A DNA stretch of 64,000 nucleotides from a virus, in IMG/VR virus record IMGVR_UViG_3300045988_182880, positions 1-64,000 of that record; one strand, given 5' to 3'. This document shows positions 30,015 to 37,104 of this stretch, in pieces. Both the position numbers and the translations under genes were made by a program. Position 1 is the stretch's first letter; each line of letters opens with the position of its first letter. Below the pieces are notes generated by a model that had not been told where the DNA came from, did no database searches, and saw only the letters and a list, made by a program, of their open reading frames with translations.

Positions 30015-32210
30015 ATGATTACAACAAAGAAGATTGACCCACGGCCATATCAGCAGAAAGCTGCTGCGGCGATTCACAGAGAGTGGGATGCCGGAAATAA
30101 GAAAACGCTGGTTGTGATGCCGACCGGAACCGGCAAAACTATTGTGTTTGCAAGCATCGTGAACGACCAGGTGGCAAAGGGCGAACACGTTTTGATTCTT
30201 GCGCACCGGGAAGAGCTTTTACAGCAGGCAAGCGACAAGCTCAAGATGGTGACGGGGCTAGAGACCGCGTTAGAGAAAGCGCAAAGCTCGGCGCTCGATT
30301 CCGATAAGATGGTCGTGGTTGCCAGTGTACAGACTCTCTCTAAGCAGAATCGGTTAATGAAGTATCCGCGTGATTATTTCGGGACTATCATCATTGATGA
30401 AGCGCATCACACGGCAGCCAAAACTTACAAGGGAATTCTCGAGCATTTCATCGATGCCAAAGTGTTGGGCGTGACCGCAACACCCGACCGAAGCGACATG
30501 AAATCCCTATCTGATATCTTTGATAGTCTTGCATTTGAATATAAGCTTCCGGATGCGATTCGGGAAGGGTATCTCTGCAAAATTAACACGAAGACAATTC
30601 CGGTCGAGGTAGACATCAGCAAGGTTCATATCAATGCCGGTGATTTCAGTGCTCAGGACCTCGGCAATGTTCTTGACCTGTATCTGGACACGATTGCGGA
30701 TGCCATTGTGCGAGAATGCCAGAACCGAAAGACTGTCATCTTTACGCCTCTGGTACGAATCAGCAAAAGACTGTGCAATATCCTCAATAAGCGAAACTTC
30801 AAGACCGCAGAAGTCAATGGCGCGTCTGCGGACCGTGAGGACGTTCTGAAAGGGTTTGACAATGGCGAGTACAAGGCGCTGACGAACGCGATGCTCCTGA
30901 CGGAAGGTTGGGATTGCCCGACCGTTGACTGTATCATCTGCTTGCGTCCTACCAAGAGCCGCAGCCTGTATGCGCAGATTGTGGGACGCGGAACACGTCT
31001 GTGTGAAGGGAAAAAGAATCTTCTCGTGCTGGATTTCCTGTGGCTGACAAAGAAACATAGTCTTTGCCATCCTGCTGATATTTTCTGTGAAGACCAGGAA
31101 GTGGCACAAAAGACCACCGATATGCTGGCGGATGCGGCACTCACCGGTTCGAATAGCCAGGAGAATTTCGGGAGTCCTGAATTGGGGCTGATTGAGGCAA
31201 TCGAGGAAGCACAGACTGAGCTGGACGAGGAAAAGCGGAAAGCACTGTGTGAACTCGAAAAGCAGGATACGATTCAGCGCAAGCTCCAGGCACAGCGTCA
31301 AAAGCCGAGAGGATTGGTTGACCCGCTGCAGTATATCTTCAGCATCGAAGCGCCGGAACTCAACGACTATCAGCCGATGTTCGAGAGTGAAAAGCAGGAG
31401 CCGTCCGATGAAATCATCGATAACATCTCGTCTTTCGGCGTGAAAGGCAGTGCCATCAAATCTCAGGGCCTTGCCGAGGCAATTTTCAAACGACTCATTG
31501 CTCGCAGAGCCAGCGGAATGGCTACCCCGAAACAGATTCGGTGTCTTGAAAGTTTCGGGTTCGTCCATGTTGGGCGCTGGACATTGCGCTATGCAAGCAG
31601 CTTTTTGGACATCATCAGTTCTCATGACTGGAAACTTCCGAATGGGTTTGACGCATCCACGCTAGACCCGGAAAAGAATACGGCAGAAGACCTCGCCAAG
31701 CTGTATCCAGACTACAAGGAGGATGAGACGAAGAAAGCACCGCGTGGGGATGCTTTCATCTGCTGCTACTACGATGCAAGCTATAATTTAGCACGCAAGA
31801 AAGTCTGCAACAGTGAAAAAGAAATGCTGAATCTGTATTATTCGCTTTTCAACAATTGCGAAGCAAAGTGCTTCTATTTCACGAAAGAGGCGGATGCCTG
31901 GATGGCAGAAAAACAGAATCTGATTGCCAGAAAGACCGGAACACCGATTCCTGCCGCACAGCCGACTCAGGCAACACCCGCAGTACCGCCTCCCTTTGTC
32001 CCGGCAGCTCCCGCCAAGAGCCACGAATATTATTGCTGCCTTGCCCGATGGGATGGGTCCTACATTGGCTATGAGATTTACAAGAGTGAGCAGGCAGCTC
32101 AGAATGCCCGAAAGCAGATTGCCCGGCGCGGTGAGACGGCAGTGTATGCCACAGTAGAGGAAGCTGAAGCGTGGGTTGACAAGCAGAAGGCCGCAAGAAC
32201 CAGGAGGTAA
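30015..32210 (+). CDS. SF2 DEAD/DEAH-box helicase (type III restriction Res-like) with C-terminal tandem RNase H1-type hybrid-binding-like repeats
   Basis: Helicase motifs are I MPTGTGKT, II IIIDEAHH, III GVTATPDR and VI QIVGRGTR. The C-terminus has two repeats ending FTKEADAWM and VEEAEAWV, resembling the Cauli_VI / RNase H1 N-terminal domain. Confidence 0.7.
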   Translation: MITTKKIDPRPYQQKAAAAIHREWDAGNKKTLVVMPTGTGKTIVFASIVNDQVAKGEHVLILAHREELLQQASDKLKMVTGLETALEKAQSSALDSDKMVVVASVQTLSKQNRLMKYPRDYFGTIIIDEAHHTAAKTYKGILEHFIDAKVLGVTATPDRSDMKSLSDIFDSLAFEYKLPDAIREGYLCKINTKTIPVEVDISKVHINAGDFSAQDLGNVLDLYLDTIADAIVRECQNRKTVIFTPLVRISKRLCNILNKRNFKTAEVNGASADREDVLKGFDNGEYKALTNAMLLTEGWDCPTVDCIICLRPTKSRSLYAQIVGRGTRLCEGKKNLLVLDFLWLTKKHSLCHPADIFCEDQEVAQKTTDMLADAALTGSNSQENFGSPELGLIEAIEEAQTELDEEKRKALCELEKQDTIQRKLQAQRQKPRGLVDPLQYIFSIEAPELNDYQPMFESEKQEPSDEIIDNISSFGVKGSAIKSQGLAEAIFKRLIARRASGMATPKQIRCLESFGFVHVGRWTLRYASSFLDIISSHDWKLPNGFDASTLDPEKNTAEDLAKLYPDYKEDETKKAPRGDAFICCYYDASYNLARKKVCNSEKEMLNLYYSLFNNCEAKCFYFTKEADAWMAEKQNLIARKTGTPIPAAQPTQATPAVPPPFVPAAPAKSHEYYCCLARWDGSYIGYEIYKSEQAAQNARKQIARRGETAVYATVEEAEAWVDKQKAARTRR

Positions 32211-32215
32211 TCATA

Positions 32216-32769
32216 TGCGTACAGACAAAACGGCAAGCCACATTTGCTACGAGCTTGACCACGATGTGCAGGAATATGCGAAACGGCTTTTAGCCAAAAA
32301 AATTCTGCACGCGGCACAGCAGGACAATGCCGTTCCGTTCCCTAATGAAACGGCAAAGAGAATTGCCGAGACAGCGGTGTTTCTGACCGAACGCCTCGCA
32401 CTTTTGTATGAGCTGAATTATGGATTCCGAGGCGTCCAGTTCAGCACTTTCGGAGAACAACCTGCTGTATACACTACCATGGTCCAGCACAATGCCCCGC
32501 TGTATGATGAGCCGATGCTTGGACGGGCCTACAACCTTGCCAACTACCTTACTGCTGATAATGCGGATATCAAAGAATCTGCTTTGATGAAGCACAAAGT
32601 TTTGGCAGCAATTTATAGTGCCGCTGCACACATGAAAGGGCAGACTCCGGAGCGGGGAAAAATCTCGGTTCAGAGCCAGCTGTTTGTGTCTACGGCAGTT
32701 GAGTTGTTTGATGGTCTTTTGAGTGCAGCAGTAGAGAAAAAGAACAGCGGCAATAAAACCGCCGCATGA
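32216..32769 (+). CDS. Hypothetical protein (184 aa) between helicase and NADAR genes
   Basis: AGGAGG RBS. The 5-nt intergenic gap suggests translational coupling. Confidence 0.45.
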
Positions 32770-32790
32770 GATAGAGAATAGGAGATTCGC

Positions 32791-33282
32791 ATGATTCGAT
32801 TCAGAAAAGATACCCCTCGCTATTGGTTTATGAGCAACTATTACCCTTGCGAATTTGTGATGAATGGGATTCGTTACAAGAACGCCGAGGCAGCATTCCA
32901 GAGTCACAAGGTCCCGCTGGAAGAGCGCAGACAGTTTGCGGACATGCCACCGGCTTCTGCCAAGCGTTTTGGCCGCAATGTGGCTATCCCCGCAAACTGG
33001 GACAAAACTCGGGACGATGTAATGCGCCGCGTGGTGATGGCTAAATTCGAACAGAATGAAGACCTCAAGCAGCGTCTCCTCGAAACGGGTACGCAGCCTA
33101 TTGAGGAAGATACCACCAGCTGGCATGACAACTATTGGGGCAACTGCCACTGTCCGAAATGCCGGAACATCCCAGGCCAGAATCGGCTTGGAACTATTCT
33201 GATGGAAACGAGGGATAAATTGAAAAAGCAAGCTGGCAGCCTACACGATACCGGGAATGCGTTCGGAAGGAACGACCTATGA
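32791..33282 (+). CDS. NADAR (YbiA-like, DUF1768) ADP-ribosyl hydrolase family protein
   Basis: It aligns along its full length to E. coli YbiA. The N-terminal WFMSNYYPCEFVMNGIRYKNAEAAFQSHK block matches the NADAR motif and a conserved AKFEQN is present. The C-terminal GQNRLGTILMETRDKL matches YbiA GKNRLGYLLMELREQL. Confidence 0.85.
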   Translation: MIRFRKDTPRYWFMSNYYPCEFVMNGIRYKNAEAAFQSHKVPLEERRQFADMPPASAKRFGRNVAIPANWDKTRDDVMRRVVMAKFEQNEDLKQRLLETGTQPIEEDTTSWHDNYWGNCHCPKCRNIPGQNRLGTILMETRDKLKKQAGSLHDTGNAFGRNDL

Positions 33283-33808
33283 TGTTCCGACTTACTCGGC
33301 ACTGAAAGGTGCAATGGATTCTATCTACAAACATGTCGGTATGGAAGCAATTCCTTCGGCAGTGTACATTCACTCTCCCATTAAAAAGACCCGTATCCTG
33401 CTGCGAAACATTGAGAATATCGGAGGAATACGGTCCCGCGAATGCTTAACGGATGTTTGCTACACGGTCGTTGTACGAATCGTGAGAATGGACAACATGG
33501 CCTTGGAGAGTGACCTCGCAGTGCAGTACAGAAATTTCTTAGAATATGTTTCCGATAGCTGTGGGATGGGATATCCGTATCTTGGCGTGATGGAAACACC
33601 CATGTATTTTCATCCTGTGGCGGAAACGGAAATTCTTCCAACACTGCCCATTACCGCTGACTTGTGCAATATGCCTTTGACACCGGATTATACGAACAAA
33701 TTTGAACCGGATTTGGTTTGTAGGCATCTTCACATTGAGAATGGTATCATCGATTTTACGAAAGGGGAGTATTTTCGCTGCTATGGATATTCTGAATGCG
33801 CTGGTTAA
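33257..33808 (+). CDS. cas5: Cas5 (Cas5d/Cas5c, type I-C family), N-terminally short; overlaps NADAR gene by 26 nt
   Basis: TYDVPTYSALKGAMDSIY matches Cas5d SYSVPTYQALKGIAESIY, and DVCYTVVVRI matches DVHYQVKAHF. An in-frame stop at 33221-33223 fixes the start. Confidence 0.7.
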   Translation: MRSEGTTYDVPTYSALKGAMDSIYKHVGMEAIPSAVYIHSPIKKTRILLRNIENIGGIRSRECLTDVCYTVVVRIVRMDNMALESDLAVQYRNFLEYVSDSCGMGYPYLGVMETPMYFHPVAETEILPTLPITADLCNMPLTPDYTNKFEPDLVCRHLHIENGIIDFTKGEYFRCYGYSECAG

Positions 33809-35729
33809 GCACTATGATGCGATGGCAGCAGCTGGAAATGCAACGCCTTTCGGCTGGACACACAAGTTTGCTCAGTATGCCGTCGAACTAAACGATGACG
33901 GGGAAATCGATAGGATTTTCGCTCTCGGTGATTTATCCGATAAAAAGAACAAAGGCGAGGAATTCGAGATGCCAACACGCAGGCCACGGTCTGGCAAGCT
34001 GCCGATTCCGTATGTGTTCTGTGATGATGCGGAACATCTTCTCGGCAAAGTCGGTGAAGCGAGCAATCTTGTTCGATACACTATGATGCGCGACGCAGTC
34101 TTTATGCTGCGTGACCTGTTGGGACATTCTAAAGCCTTAGATGTCGTCTACAAGTTCTACGAAACGTGGGACCCAGAAAAGGCGCTTGACAATAAATGTG
34201 TCAGCGACGTAATGGAGGCGAAAGGCCAGGAAAAGAAAACCTTTATCCTGTTCTACAATGGCGTTCCAGTTTTTGATGATGAGACATTTCGCAAAAGCTA
34301 TGCGGCGATTGTCAATAAATATGGGGAAATGCCGATTGATACACTCAAGGGCGGTGAAATTGCTCTGTTGCCGGAACCTATCAGGATTCGAAGCATGATA
34401 AGCGGCAATATCGGGTTTAAGGCTCGCTTGTTTCGAGCCATCACGGCATGGGGAAACAAAAAGAATGGCCCGGTCACAAACACTCTTTTGTCCAACAACA
34501 AAGCAAACACCGAGTATTTCGGACGTCAGCAGGGCAACGCCATCCCCATCACAATGCAAGATGAACATAAGATTTACGAAGCGGCTACAGATTTGCTCAG
34601 CTCCAAGCATCGGTTTTCGGTCCCGGTCACTTCACAGTCGCTTTATTCAAAGAACCAAATCATCTGGTCGGATGATATGCCGACAAAGCTAGAAGACGCG
34701 GTCATTGACCTGTGCTGCTGCCGTAGTGATAAAGCCAAAATTATCTCTCAGGCAAATGAATCGGGTTCTGAGACCACTATCAGAATCCTTGAAAAAGCAA
34801 AACTCTATCAGGGACGAATCACGGTTCTTTCGGACACTGAAAAAAACTTAGTCGTCAACGTTTGGAATCTTGATATGAATGATAAGGGATGTTCTGCATC
34901 CAGCTTTACACAGATGACGCTTGGCGAGCTGCTTGGAAACTTTGCCAAGCATTACACTGACATGGAAATTGACCGAAGCCAGACTTGCCGAGATGCGGAT
35001 GGAACCAGCCGAGATTTTGCAAGAGCCATCAACATCTACAACTCACTTTTCGCCAAGAACAGTGATGGAAGCACGAATTCTTTCAACAACGCTCTTTGGA
35101 AACAACTGAGTATCAGCATTTATTCCGGAACAAAGTATCCGGAGCAAGTCCTTTCCCTGGCACTGCTTCGGTCCTGCCGTTTGCTTCAGCAAAATAAGAA
35201 AGGCAAAGAAAATCGCATCACGGCGTCTTTGGCCGGTATCACAAAAGCGTTCTTGATTCGCAATTACGGGGAGAATATGACCATGGGACTCGACCAGAAC
35301 AACACCAGTCCTGCTTATATCACGGGACGAATCTTCGCGCATATGGAAAGTGCGCAGAGAAAGATTGACCCCAACAACCAAACCACTTACGCTAAACGGT
35401 TCTTTGAGCGAGTTATGATGAACCCGGCAAAAACCATGCCGGAGCTTCACAAGAGTTTCCTTCTTTTGAAGAACAAGGCTAAAGCGAATGGCATGAGAGG
35501 TCTTTATAATTCCTGCGACAAGAAAATTATGGCTCTTATCGATATGCTGGATGGCAACTATCCCGACCATCTATCCGAAAAGCAAAAAGGTGAATATCTC
35601 GTCGGATACTATCAGCAGCGAAGCGCAAACATCAAGGATGCCGAGGAGAAGAAAAACCGGAAAGCCGCCAAAATTGAAACTAATAATACGGATACTGCGA
35701 CAACCGTTGCAACACAAAAGGAGAAGTAA
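33783..35729 (+). CDS. cas8c: Cas8c (Csd1) large subunit, type I-C
   Basis: AAAGGGGAG RBS before the ATG at 33783. MDILNALVKHYDAM...PFGW...ELNDDGEI...PIPYVFCDDAEHLLG matches the Cas8c N-terminal consensus ILQALYDYYER...P.G...iD.dG...vP...lwD...YvLG. Confidence 0.8.
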   Translation: MDILNALVKHYDAMAAAGNATPFGWTHKFAQYAVELNDDGEIDRIFALGDLSDKKNKGEEFEMPTRRPRSGKLPIPYVFCDDAEHLLGKVGEASNLVRYTMMRDAVFMLRDLLGHSKALDVVYKFYETWDPEKALDNKCVSDVMEAKGQEKKTFILFYNGVPVFDDETFRKSYAAIVNKYGEMPIDTLKGGEIALLPEPIRIRSMISGNIGFKARLFRAITAWGNKKNGPVTNTLLSNNKANTEYFGRQQGNAIPITMQDEHKIYEAATDLLSSKHRFSVPVTSQSLYSKNQIIWSDDMPTKLEDAVIDLCCCRSDKAKIISQANESGSETTIRILEKAKLYQGRITVLSDTEKNLVVNVWNLDMNDKGCSASSFTQMTLGELLGNFAKHYTDMEIDRSQTCRDADGTSRDFARAINIYNSLFAKNSDGSTNSFNNALWKQLSISIYSGTKYPEQVLSLALLRSCRLLQQNKKGKENRITASLAGITKAFLIRNYGENMTMGLDQNNTSPAYITGRIFAHMESAQRKIDPNNQTTYAKRFFERVMMNPAKTMPELHKSFLLLKNKAKANGMRGLYNSCDKKIMALIDMLDGNYPDHLSEKQKGEYLVGYYQQRSANIKDAEEKKNRKAAKIETNNTDTATTVATQKEK

Positions 35730-35731
35730 CA

Positions 35732-36694
35732 ATGTCTGAACTCGTTAAGAATCCTATCACCATTGTTCTAGCGTTTGATGCGCAGAACTGTAATCCCAAT
35801 GGGGACCCCGACAACGACAACAACCCGCGTCAGTTTGAGGATGGAATCGGGTACATGTCGTCCGAAAGCATCAAATATAAGATTCGCAGCTACATCCGTG
35901 ACAAGGTCTTGTTTGACGGTCTGGAAAAGAACAGCTATGCACTATATTGCAGCCCCGATACTTTTTCCATTGAGCGCAGCGTTAAAGAGTGCCTGGAGCC
36001 TATCATCGGCAAAAAAACCAAAGGCATCCCCGATGACCAACAGCTGGAGGCTTATAAAGAGCTGTGCCGGTACTACTATGATACTCGCATGTTTGGGCTT
36101 GTGAATACGAGTTATTCCAACTGCAGCCTTCTAAGCCGCATCAAGGGTGCCTGCCAGGTATCTATGCCGATGTCCTATGACCCTATCGAAATCATCCCGA
36201 TGACGATTACTCGCTGCTGCGTTGCTTCCGATGCTGAACGCAAAGGCGAAGATAAAGGCGCCAAGAAGGGCGTCAGTATCGACGAAAGCGACGATGGAGC
36301 CGAAAAGAAGACGAAAGACCGCATGATAGGCCGTCGAAGCATTATCAGATATGGGCTGTATCACATGAGCATTCAAATCAACAGTGCAATGGCACAGCGT
36401 AACGGTGTTACGATGGATGACGTTAATTTGTTGATTGATGCGCTGCAGCATATGTTCGAGGAAGATATGAGCTCCAGCAGAGCCCTAACGCTGCGTAAGT
36501 TGATTGTCGTTGAGCACACCAAACCGATGGGAAATGCTTATCGGGACACCATTGAGCGGGCACTGGCGGCTCGACTGAAGCAACCTAATGATGCACCTAC
36601 ATCTTATGAGGATTACGAGGTGACTTATCACCGCGAAATGCTGCCTGATGAGGTCAAGGTGACTGAGTATAATTATAACAGTCAAAGCGTTTGA
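35732..36694 (+). CDS. cas7: Cas7 (Csd2) backbone subunit, type I-C
   Basis: IVLAFDAQNCNPNGDPDNDNNPRQFEDGIGYMSSESIKYKIRSYI carries the hallmark NPNGDPD...PR...G...S...KRKIR motif of Csd2/DevR. Confidence 0.85.
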   Translation: MSELVKNPITIVLAFDAQNCNPNGDPDNDNNPRQFEDGIGYMSSESIKYKIRSYIRDKVLFDGLEKNSYALYCSPDTFSIERSVKECLEPIIGKKTKGIPDDQQLEAYKELCRYYYDTRMFGLVNTSYSNCSLLSRIKGACQVSMPMSYDPIEIIPMTITRCCVASDAERKGEDKGAKKGVSIDESDDGAEKKTKDRMIGRRSIIRYGLYHMSIQINSAMAQRNGVTMDDVNLLIDALQHMFEEDMSSSRALTLRKLIVVEHTKPMGNAYRDTIERALAARLKQPNDAPTSYEDYEVTYHREMLPDEVKVTEYNYNSQSV

Positions 36695-36990
36695 CAAAAA
36701 CTAATAATTGCTGGTCAACACAACTGTATAAGATTGAAAACACAATAGTCTGCCTCTTGTTGATACGTTGCAAGCGAGAACCTGCGGGACTACAAAAGTG
36801 ATGCACTATGCTACATATGATTGAAACGATATTTTGCTATGGTGCGAAAATGCAGCGGCTGCAGGTAACACAACTGCCGTAAGAAAGGCTACAAAGCGGC
36901 CCATGAGGTCGCGTAAGATTATGCGCCCATCTGCAAACGCGGGTGAACGTTCTTTTTTGCCAAACCCAAAAATAAAACGTGATAAAAACC

Positions 36991-37018
36991 TTGCACATCT
37001 GTGCGAATCAGATATAAT
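36991..37018 (+). promoter_or_regulatory. Promoter with conserved box (f): TTGCAC-16-TATAAT, spacer atCTGTGCGAATcaga
   Basis: Motif family. It precedes the UvrD-like helicase. Confidence 0.5.
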
Positions 37019-37104
37019 AACCCTAATAAGATAAAAATTGTGCCCTGACGGCATCTGAACTGGATGCTGCCGGGGTATTTTTTGTTGTTGAGGAGATTAG
37101 AGTT

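Noticed and set aside
36695-37104. Possible CRISPR array or mini-array after cas7
   Set aside because: No two-fold or higher direct-repeat periodicity is present. Only isolated GATTGAAA words and a promoter box occur. It is kept as an open question rather than a feature.
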